DNA of 41,079 nucleotides from Candidatus Caccoplasma sp. (GTDB lineage: Bacteria > Bacteroidota > Bacteroidia > Bacteroidales > G3-4614), in contig JAZONU010000165.1 of NCBI GenBank assembly GCA_045654605.1, positions 1 through 41,079 on the forward strand, in the 5' to 3' direction. A program made the position numbers and the translations under genes. How positions within the stretch are numbered: position 1 is the first letter of the stretch; each line of letters begins with the position of its first letter. Below the pieces are notes generated by a model. It was not told where the DNA came from, searched no databases, and was given only the letters and a program-made list of their open reading frames with translations. Shown here piece after piece: positions 1 through 7,900 of this stretch.

Positions 1-627
1 AGTTTTAAGGAAAAAATAGCGGAGTACAAAAAGAAAAAGGAAGAAAAAGACTCTAAAGTATCAAAGAAATGGGAGAAAGGCACACTTAGAAATCAGAAGA
101 AGTTAAGGGCTAAAAGTCTTATATATAATTATCGTAATGTAGATAAAGGTAAAGGGTTGGATATGGATCTAACAGAAGATTGGGTTATCGAAAATATATT
201 CAGAAAAAAATGTATATACTGTGGCGAACATGATTGGAGGGAGTTAGGATGTGACCGTAAAGATAACACCAAAGGACATACTACGGATAACGTTGTTTGC
301 GCATGTAAGCGGTGCAACATGATAAGAGGGGATCAGTTTACGATGGACGAGATGAAGATGATAGGCAAGGTTATCAAGATGCTGAATGAGAAGAGAAAAA
401 AGGTGTTAAAATTAGACAGAAAGATGAGAAACGGAGAAAAGAATCCCGATCACCTGCGAAAAGCGAAACGCGTTGCCAAGTGCGATAAATACGGCCGTAT
501 AGTAGAAAAATATCATTCAGCGGCGGTGACAGAGGAATATGGTTATGTTGCAAAAATGGTAAGAAGGGCATGTAAAAGATTCAATGATGGTTATACTTAT
601 AGAGGTTATTTATGGAGGTACATTTGA
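1..627 (+). CDS. HNH endonuclease with NUMOD-like C-terminal DNA-binding tail; 5' end truncated by the window edge
   Basis: Frame 1 is open from base 1; the track ORF 157..627 starts at an internal TTG. CIYCG...DRKDNTKGHTTDNVVCACKRCNMIRG forms a CxxC...HN...CxxC HNH finger. GEKNP and the tail YTYRGYLWRY resemble modules of the HNH at 28655..29452. Confidence 0.8.
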   Translation, partial: SFKEKIAEYKKKKEEKDSKVSKKWEKGTLRNQKKLRAKSLIYNYRNVDKGKGLDMDLTEDWVIENIFRKKCIYCGEHDWRELGCDRKDNTKGHTTDNVVCACKRCNMIRGDQFTMDEMKMIGKVIKMLNEKRKKVLKLDRKMRNGEKNPDHLRKAKRVAKCDKYGRIVEKYHSAAVTEEYGYVAKMVRRACKRFNDGYTYRGYLWRYI

Positions 628-628
628 T

Positions 629-747
629 TAGTACATTGTAAATTAGATAGTTGACAAATTATTTTTTACAAAGGTAGAATATTTCTCGCATTTTTCAAAG
701 TGATGTGATATTTATTGATAAAGCCACAATAACGGCTAATATTTATA
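629..747. repeat. Left copy of a perfect direct repeat of at least 119 bp (attL-like)
   Basis: Base-for-base identical to 40961..41079. It starts 1 nt after the HNH stop codon. Identity breaks on the left side (628 vs 40960). Confidence 0.9.
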
Positions 748-918
748 CGATATGACGGATCTATATTTAATCCTACTAATTATTTACATTTTGCTTGTCA
801 CATATCCATTAATGAGCAAGGGAGTTGACATGTTTTTAAAGGACTTAGCCATAGTCCTTAAGTATATTACATATGGCATAATAACACTAATAGCATGGGT
901 TATAAGGAGAGTTAGACG

Positions 919-1407
919 ATGAGTAACAATAGGTATTTCAATCAAAATGAAGCAACAGACTATCAAAAACTCTTAGCATTTAATGATGCGGTTGGTATAT
1001 TCCAAGAACTCATACCAATTGACGGTTGTAAACACTATGATGCATCCGGTGTAACAATAGATGGCAGAACAGCGAGAATAGAACTGAAGACAAGGAACAA
1101 CAATATAAGGCAGTATGATGGGTTATTCATCGAAGACCATAAGGTTAGCAATCTCCATTTCGACTACCTTGCATTTGGCGATGAACCCATTTATCTCAAT
1201 TTCTGCAATGACGGCATTGCGCTTTTCAACCTTGAGCAAATATGCATCCGTCCAAAGGTTAACATCTCCCGCACAAAGAGCAACGGATATGAATGCTATG
1301 AGTACAACAGCAGGAACGATCTTTCACCCGATGATGCAACATTATACGACAATAACTATAATCTAATTCAAATCTCACAGTGGAAGAAAAGGCAGAAAAG
1401 TTCATGA
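919..1407 (+). CDS. Hypothetical protein, possible PD-(D/E)XK-fold nuclease
   Basis: 162-aa ORF. HYDASG...ARIELKTRN fits a D...E-x-K nuclease motif. The stop overlaps the next start (ATGA at 1404..1407). Confidence 0.45.
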   Translation: MSNNRYFNQNEATDYQKLLAFNDAVGIFQELIPIDGCKHYDASGVTIDGRTARIELKTRNNNIRQYDGLFIEDHKVSNLHFDYLAFGDEPIYLNFCNDGIALFNLEQICIRPKVNISRTKSNGYECYEYNSRNDLSPDDATLYDNNYNLIQISQWKKRQKSS

Positions 1408-1991
1408 CATTCGTTGGTGATAACTATGAAAGGCTGAAGGATAAGATGCTAAGGTATTGTGTTTCTAAACATGTGTCATTCGATGATGATGTCTTTGGCA
1501 GTACGATAGTCAAGATATACGAAAAGATTCTCAAGGATGGAATGGAAGACGATACAGAGGCGGGATTTGAAAGTTATTTCTTCATGAGTTTCAAGACAAA
1601 TCTATTAAGGGAGAGACAATACAGCCGTAATCAGAAGCAAGACGATAACATAGAACAAGATGAGATTGGAGAGGTTTATGACCGTTATTACAATAACACA
1701 AACGATTCAGCAACGGTTAAACTTCAAAAGGATTTGAGGGTTGATTACAAAGTACTTAAACTACTACTACTCATTGAGCAGAACTTCGATGCAGAGAGTT
1801 ATAGGTTGGTTAAACTTAAGTTCCTTGAGAGCCTCACATACAAGCAACTTGCAGAACGTACCGGTATAAAGGACTGCCGTAACAAGGTATTGGCGGTACT
1901 TCAGTGGCTAAGGGAACATTCAGAAGAGATAGAGAAGGATATAGAGTGTGAATTTCAAGACGATTATGGCGATTGGCTTGAGTTCAATTAA
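1404..1991 (+). CDS. Sigma-70 family (ECF-like) sigma factor candidate
   Basis: The first ATG of the track ORF 1380..1991 is at 1404. FESYFFMSFKTNLLRERQYSRN looks like region 2. YRLVKLKFLESLTYKQLAERTGIKDCRNKVLAVLQWLRE looks like the region 4 helix-turn-helix. Confidence 0.6.
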   Translation: MTFVGDNYERLKDKMLRYCVSKHVSFDDDVFGSTIVKIYEKILKDGMEDDTEAGFESYFFMSFKTNLLRERQYSRNQKQDDNIEQDEIGEVYDRYYNNTNDSATVKLQKDLRVDYKVLKLLLLIEQNFDAESYRLVKLKFLESLTYKQLAERTGIKDCRNKVLAVLQWLREHSEEIEKDIECEFQDDYGDWLEFN

Positions 1992-2008
1992 AAAAAAGTG
2001 AAAATAAA

Positions 2009-2016
2009 TATGTTTA
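2009..2016 (+). promoter_or_regulatory. TATGTTTA box (candidate late promoter element)
   Basis: Intergenic, 12 nt upstream of the ATG at 2029. One of 11 copies with conserved flanks. Confidence 0.5.
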
Positions 2017-2028
2017 AATAAAAAAGTG

Positions 2029-2346
2029 ATGGAAACATATATAAAAGCAGAGGATATCGAACTTTTAAAGGATTTAATCAATAGAAAGAACAAGGGTTTG
2101 TCAGTGACAGCATCAACCGTTGTTGAACTATATAACCGTATAATGGGTAAGCCTGCGAAGCCAACAAGTTGTAGGGCATGTCTGATTGGTTATATTTCAA
2201 CAATGGAACGTAAGTGGGCTAACATTGAGAGAGCCATTGAAAAAACAAAGGAAGCAGAAATGAAGGAAGAAGCACCGGTGGAAGAACAGCCAAAGGAAGC
2301 AGAAGATAAGCCCAAGACTAAGGGCGTAACCAAAAAGAAGAAATAA
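2029..2346 (+). CDS. Hypothetical protein with K/E-rich C-terminus
   Basis: ORF track 2026..2346. The ATG at 2029 follows a GTG. Confidence 0.55.
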   Translation: METYIKAEDIELLKDLINRKNKGLSVTASTVVELYNRIMGKPAKPTSCRACLIGYISTMERKWANIERAIEKTKEAEMKEEAPVEEQPKEAEDKPKTKGVTKKKK

Positions 2347-2347
2347 C

Positions 2348-2857
2348 ATGGGACTAACCAAATCGCATAGCCTACCTGATGCCAAGGATCGTAAACCAAA
2401 GGCTCGTAAGTTGGATGGAAAATACTTTATCGAAGGCAAGTCGTATAAGGTTGTAGAGGATTTGGTTGAGAAGATTTACTGTTCAATATTGAACGGTGAA
2501 ACGAGGTATCAGATACAAAAGAAACTCATGGAGGGGTTGTTTGAGGGGCAACCAAAACCATACAGCATACAACAGGCAAGGGCATACTATGCTGCTGCAC
2601 TTGACCGCATAAAGGGCGATTCTGATATGAAGCAAGAGGAGGTGAGGAACGTTATACTTGGAAGGTATGAAGCAATTTTCAATGATGCGGTATTGATAGG
2701 TGATAGACAGTCTGCATTAAGGGCATTGGAAAACATAGGAAAGATATACCGTATAAATGATGATGTAAAGACGAATGTTAATATCAATACCGATAAGGCG
2801 GGTAATGTTAAGATTCAGTTCGGTTTTAAAGACGATGATGAGGAGAATGAAGAATGA
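2348..2857 (+). CDS. Putative small terminase subunit
   Basis: 169-aa ORF immediately upstream of the large terminase and overlapping it (ATGA at 2854..2857). The call rests on position and size only. Confidence 0.4.
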   Translation: MGLTKSHSLPDAKDRKPKARKLDGKYFIEGKSYKVVEDLVEKIYCSILNGETRYQIQKKLMEGLFEGQPKPYSIQQARAYYAAALDRIKGDSDMKQEEVRNVILGRYEAIFNDAVLIGDRQSALRALENIGKIYRINDDVKTNVNINTDKAGNVKIQFGFKDDDEENEE

Positions 2858-4125
2858 GTGCGGTACAGTTTGACATAAAACTTTCAGAGGCACAGCAAGA
2901 GGTATATGACATGGTGCATAGAAAGGATCTGAAGTATATTACCGTTGTATTCAGCAGACAGTCAGGAAAGACGGTGTTAATGCTTTGCCTTGTAATAGAG
3001 TGGCTTATCAATAAGAATGCGAATATTGCCTATGTGTGTCGTAACTATATACTTGCCAAGAAGTTATACCGTCAACTTGTAAAGATATTACCAAAGGATT
3101 TTATAAAGAACGCTAATGGGAGTGATTTCTTCATCGAAAGTGTATATGGTGGACAATTGACATTCTTTTCTGCTGAGAGTGGCGCAAGCCTTAGAGGACA
3201 GACATTTACACACATGATATGTGATGAGTTTGCCTTCTTTAAGATGGAACAGACAGACGGTACACACCTTTGGAATGACATTCTATCACCAACAGTTAAA
3301 GCACAAGGGGAGAAGGTTGTATTTGTAAGCACCCCACTTGGTAAACAGAATATGCTCTATGAAATGTATCTAAGGGGATTATCACCCGAATATCCAAAGT
3401 ACGGTAGCATACTGAAGACTATCTATGATGATGGCTTTATAACTCCTGATGGAATAGAAGATATAAAGAAAAGTATACCGGAGATGAGTTTTAGAAGTGA
3501 ATATTTATGTGAATTTCTCGATGGTGCATTAACTTTCTTTACCGGTTTTGAAAATTGCTTTGAAAACTTTAGATATACAGCATCAACAGAGTGGGTTGGT
3601 ATTGATGTCAGTGCAAATGGTGAGGATGCAACCGTTGTTGCAAGGATAAACGATAAGAATGAGGTAAAGGTTGAAAAGATTGACGGTACACTTGATAAGA
3701 AGTATGAGAAGATAGCGAACATCATTAACCGTATAAACCCCAATGCAGTGTATTTTGAAGTGAATGGAATAGGAGCGCCAATGTATAATGAAGTACAGAA
3801 GATGCTAAGGAATAAGAATAGAATGCATGAATGGACTACAACCAATGAAAGCAAGGAAGAGATAATAACGGATCTTGCAGTAGAGATTGCCAATAAGAAT
3901 ATCCATTTCGATAGCACAGATACAGAGTTATATGGTGAGTTTGGCACATTCATAGCGAAGATAAGCAAGACAAAGAAACTTACATTTGGAGCGCAGAATG
4001 GTAGGCATGATGATATGGTGATGGCGGTTGCAATGGCGCTGAAATGTAAGAAGGATTATAGGCGAAATAGAAATAATAATAACACATTTATAACGGCATT
4101 TGGTAGTAGAGGATGGGCGAAATAA
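2854..4125 (+). CDS. terL: Terminase large subunit
   Basis: Walker A-like VFSRQSGKT, Walker B-like HMICDEFAFF, and C-terminal nuclease-type acidic motifs (GIDVSANGEDATVV, GRHDDMVMAVAMAL). Confidence 0.9.
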   Translation: MSAVQFDIKLSEAQQEVYDMVHRKDLKYITVVFSRQSGKTVLMLCLVIEWLINKNANIAYVCRNYILAKKLYRQLVKILPKDFIKNANGSDFFIESVYGGQLTFFSAESGASLRGQTFTHMICDEFAFFKMEQTDGTHLWNDILSPTVKAQGEKVVFVSTPLGKQNMLYEMYLRGLSPEYPKYGSILKTIYDDGFITPDGIEDIKKSIPEMSFRSEYLCEFLDGALTFFTGFENCFENFRYTASTEWVGIDVSANGEDATVVARINDKNEVKVEKIDGTLDKKYEKIANIINRINPNAVYFEVNGIGAPMYNEVQKMLRNKNRMHEWTTTNESKEEIITDLAVEIANKNIHFDSTDTELYGEFGTFIAKISKTKKLTFGAQNGRHDDMVMAVAMALKCKKDYRRNRNNNNTFITAFGSRGWAK

Positions 4126-4811
4126 TGGAAGACAGCGAAAAGATAATTGATTTGGGTGAGTGGACTGTTCCCACATCATGGGATGATATAACGGTAGAAA
4201 AGTTTAGTGAACTTGAGCGTTTCTATGAAGGCAAGGATGAAAAGTTTAATACTATTGATGCGTTACATATACTGACAGACAAGACAGCAGACGAGGTAAT
4301 GGCATTACCCATTGACTTTGTAGAGAAGATGTTGGGGCAATTAAAGTTCTTATATACACCAACAGAGCCAATTAAACCGTCAAATCAGATTGAGATTGAC
4401 GGTGAAAAGTATACAGTACATACTGAGAGACAAATGAAAACAGGTGAGTTTGTAGCAGTTGATACGGTATTAAAGGCTGATAGGCATGATTATGCAAGCA
4501 TAATGGCAATACTATGTAGGAAGGATGGAGAAGAATATGATAGCAAGTTTGAGAATGAGATATTGCCCGATCGTATAGAGTTATTCAAAAAGCAGTCAAT
4601 GCTTAAGATACGTCCCATTGCGTCTTTTTTTTTAAGTATTTGGAGTCTATCCACAGCACCTTCCCTATTGTCTTTACTCATAAAGGAAGAGTTGAACAAC
4701 ACAGCCAAGAGTATAGAGACTTTAAGAAAAGATGGTCGTTTATCGCTACTGTCTACGATGCGGCTGAAGAGAAAATTGAAAAAGTTGAAGAAATCAATAG
4801 AACGTATCTGA
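4125..4811 (+). CDS. Tail assembly chaperone (G-like, frame 0 product)
   Basis: Directly upstream of the tape measure. The likely start is the ATG at 4125 overlapping the terL stop (TAATG); the track start is 4113. A T9 slippery run sits at 4625..4633. Confidence 0.6.
   Translation: MEDSEKIIDLGEWTVPTSWDDITVEKFSELERFYEGKDEKFNTIDALHILTDKTADEVMALPIDFVEKMLGQLKFLYTPTEPIKPSNQIEIDGEKYTVHTERQMKTGEFVAVDTVLKADRHDYASIMAILCRKDGEEYDSKFENEILPDRIELFKKQSMLKIRPIASFFLSIWSLSTAPSLLSLLIKEELNNTAKSIETLRKDGRLSLLSTMRLKRKLKKLKKSIERI
4625..4633 (+). other. T9 homopolymer, candidate -1 programmed frameshift site
   Basis: tc-T TTT TTT TTA read in frame 0. The -1 frame is open from 4607 through the run to 4915. Confidence 0.55.
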
Positions 4812-4915
4812 ACGATTTTCTACAGTATATGACATACATGACTGACAAGGGAGAAATGGAAAGGGCTGAAGAGAAATTTAAAGAAACATTAAGGAAGATG
4901 AAAAATAACCGGTGA
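4631..4915 (+). CDS. -1 frame extension of the chaperone (GT-like product 4125..4630 plus 4631..4915)
   Basis: Track ORF 4640..4915 lies in the -1 frame relative to 4113/4125. The sequence EEKIEKVEEINRTYLNDFLQYM looks like genuine protein. Confidence 0.5.
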   Translation, partial: FKYLESIHSTFPIVFTHKGRVEQHSQEYRDFKKRWSFIATVYDAAEEKIEKVEEINRTYLNDFLQYMTYMTDKGEMERAEEKFKETLRKMKNNR

Positions 4916-4924
4916 AGATTAAAG

Positions 4925-4950
4925 GGGTTAGTTAACGCTAACCCTTTTTT
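4925..4950 (+). terminator. Rho-independent terminator
   Basis: GGGTTAG-ttaacg-CTAACCC followed by TTTTTT. Confidence 0.8.
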
Positions 4951-4962
4951 GTTGGTACAAAG

Positions 4963-4970
4963 TATGTTTA
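4963..4970 (+). promoter_or_regulatory. TATGTTTA box
   Basis: 12 nt after the terminator and 19 nt before the ATG at 4990. Confidence 0.55.
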
Positions 4971-4989
4971 TTATAAAAAGATGTAGAAA

Positions 4990-7900
4990 ATGGCAAGTGC
5001 AACAAAAGAATATAAGATTGTCATAAACGGTTTAACTGAGAGCGTTAGCCAAGTGAAGGCTTTGAGTAGTTCACTTGATGCACTTAAGGCTAAAATAGAT
5101 GCCCTCAAAAGTCAGACTATCAATGTTACGGCTAATGGTAATGGCGGTGGTAACAAGACATCTGAACTTGATCAAGAGAATAAGTTGCTCAAGCAGATAG
5201 AAGCAACTGAAAGGAAGATATCTGAAACTCGTTCCGATGATTATAAGGAACTTGTTCGTTTGAAAGATGAGTTGAAGCAAATTAAGAAGCAACAAGACGC
5301 TGCTGCTGCAAGTGCTAAACTCATGAACAACGAATATTCCCGTAACACAATGGCGGGCATGAAGGAAGAGTTGAAAGATATCCTCAGAGTAATGGACTCG
5401 CTTGATGTAGATAGCAATGAGTATAAGCAACTTAACCAAGACGCTAAGGAACTTCAAGAAACCCTCCGCGACCTTGAGGCTGCTCGCTCTTCTTTTGGCC
5501 GTAACGTTGGAAATTACACCTCAGCAGTTGATGGCTTTGATAAGTTGAAGGTTGCTGTTGGTGGTACGGTATATGAGTTTAACAGCCTAAGAGAAGCAGA
5601 AACCAAATTAAAAAACAATTTGGGTGTACTCATCCATAACAATAAGGAGAATACAGAACAGTATCAGGAGTTAGAAGAAGCGATATCCAAGGTTATAGAT
5701 GCTCAGAAGAAACTAAACTCTGCAATTGGTGACGCTAAAGCAAGTTCACAGACGATGGACAATATGCTTGATACCTTTGAGAGTATTGCAGCGTTTGGCA
5801 ATGCTATGGGTGGTATCAGAGCATTCTTTGGTTTTGATGATGCGCAAATACAGAAGTCAATACAAAGGCTTGTGGCTCTTCAAAGCGTCCTACAAGGCAT
5901 TGAGAAGATTAGGCAGCAGATGAATACCGGTGAAGGACTTGGAAAGATATTCTCAATTGGTTCAGATGCTGTGGATAGGTTTGTTGCGAAATTGACAGGT
6001 GCTGAAGTAACGATGGAAGGACTTACAAAGTCCTCTAAGGCTGCAACAACCGCTGTTAGATTATTGTCAAGTGCTTTGAAGATGATAGGGATAGGCGTCA
6101 TAACCGCTGTCGTTACCGCTGCCCTTTCTGCCATTCAGAGACTGTCAGAGGAACAGAAGAACCTCATAAACACATCTGACATCCTCAATGCCAAGATGGC
6201 TGTGCTCAACAATACGGTGGAGACACTTAAGGAACAGGCAAGGTCTGACTATCTGAAGGGTGTCATTACCGAGGAGGAGTATCTCGCAAAGGTGTATGAG
6301 GCTGAGAATAGATACCTGAGGGAGAACATAAAACTTTGGAGGCAGAGATCCAATGAGTCCTATTCACCTTTAGACAACCCGCTTAACGGCAGACTTAGGA
6401 AAGAGAACGGCAGCGGTGGGTACGACTACATGTCAAACCTTGGTATCTTCTCTTCAAAGCAAGTTGAAACCGGCATAAAGGACTTGGAGGACTTGGAGCA
6501 CAGGTTCAACATGCTGAGCAATGACCTTCTTGAGGACAGCAGCATTTGGGAAAAGGCTTGGGAGGTAATAGCACACCCAAAACTGAACAAGAGGAACTTG
6601 GTGAACATGATGGGCAACGACATCATTGTGGAATATGTCAACCAAATACAGAAAATAGACCTCAATGCCAAGGACGCTGAGAAAAGCATAGGGTCGCTGT
6701 ATCATAGGATGCAGGACTCAAGGGCGTTCCAAGAGGCTTATGCCAACATCGATAAGATAGTCCCCGATGAGAAGCTTGCCGATAACATAAAGACGATAGT
6801 TGACGCATTTAATGAACTTGGGAAGGCAGCGGAGAAGAACACAGTGGATGCAGCCAAGGCATTGCAGCAACTGAACATCGACACAATGAACGACAGGGGG
6901 CTTGGTGCCTATGCCAAGCAAAGGGCTGAACTCGCCAAGCAAGAACAAGATGAGTTGATGCAGTATGAGCATAATGAAGAGGTAAGAAACAAGATTCGCG
7001 ACAAATACGCCAAGCAAAGGGCTGACATAGACTTGGAAGAGACTAAGGCTGTAAGACAGGCTCAGAACGAGATAAGCAACTACCGCATACAAGCAATGAA
7101 GGAAGGGCTTGCTAAACAACTTGCTCAATTGAACCAAGAGAGGAAGGAAAGAATACAACAAGCACAAGAAACCGGTATTGCTGTAGGTGAGAAGATAAAG
7201 GCTATAGAGGAGTTGTATAATGCTCAGACACTCGAAGCAGAAAAGGAATGGGCTGAACAGATGACAGAAGCCTACAATGAGTTTTGGGAGAATATTGCAA
7301 ATACCAACTTTGAAAATGCCAAGGCTAATTTTAAGACTCAGTTGGAAGATCTGTCAAAGTTACTCAAAGAACAAACTGAACAGTCTCAAGACAGAAACTT
7401 TAACGGTGTAGATACTTCTTACCCTCTTCGTTATAGTTTAAGGGATAAGACGAATATTGAAAATATACTTGGTGTATCCCTTGACGATCAGTCAACATTG
7501 TTGGAAAGGTACAATGAGATAATGAATGCCTCAAAGACTTTCTACAATGAAGTACTCAACTTGCAGACAGAGTACTACAACAAGTCCAATGAGATTCAGC
7601 AGGAGTCTTTAATGAAACAAGAAGAGGCTGACAAGGCTGCTGAGGAAAAGAGGTATAACGACCTCCTGACATCGATAGCCAAGCAAGAAGAGGCTGAGAT
7701 GGACGGTCTTGTCAAGGATGAAAGCTATGAGAGGAAGAAAAAGGAAATAAGGGACAAATACAATAATTTAAGCGAGGCTGCTGAAAAGGCGCATATTAAC
7801 AAACTTAAGTCAATAGAGGAAGAGCATAGGGTTGAGAGCGAAAAAAATGAGCAAACGCGTATTGACGGTATACAACAATCCACAAATGACTATTTTCAAA

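Noticed and set aside
652-686. The near-consensus sigma-70 promoter TTGACA-N18-TAGAAT on the + strand inside the repeat; a second TTGACA lies at 825..830.
   Set aside because: Everything else points to a Bacteroidota host, whose primary sigma uses TTTG/TAnnTTTG rather than -35/-10 hexamers. The spacing of 18 is also suboptimal. The minus-strand TTTG-N19-TACCTTTG in the same repeat is the better-supported reading.
748-760. A 13-bp inverted match: CGATATGACGGAT at 748..760, right after the left repeat, against its reverse complement at 39416..39428, just downstream of int. It could be a pair of integrase arm sites.
   Set aside because: For a 41-kb sequence compared with itself, exact 13-mer matches are expected by chance on the order of tens (41079 squared divided by 4 to the 13th is about 25). 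The second site is about 1.5 kb from the repeat, too far for a conventional arm site. The positions are suggestive only.
784-966. ORF 784..966(-) in the gap between the left repeat and the first phage gene.
   Set aside because: It overlaps the start of the well-placed + strand gene 919..1407. It has no promoter box, and its sequence (MIVCCFILIEIPIV...) looks like a chance ORF in AT-rich DNA.
3423-3968. Long antisense or overlapping ORFs in the track, for example 3423..3968(-), 6718..7167(-), 23341..23742(-), 33279..33932(-), 40208..40678(+), 37865..38224(+) and 28644..28886(+).
   Set aside because: Each lies entirely inside a longer opposite-strand or other-frame gene that has clear motifs (terminase, tape measure, LRR protein, protease/scaffold, integrase, wHTH, HNH). 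Their translations are low-complexity (L/F/S/I-rich), as expected for antisense reading of AT-rich coding DNA.
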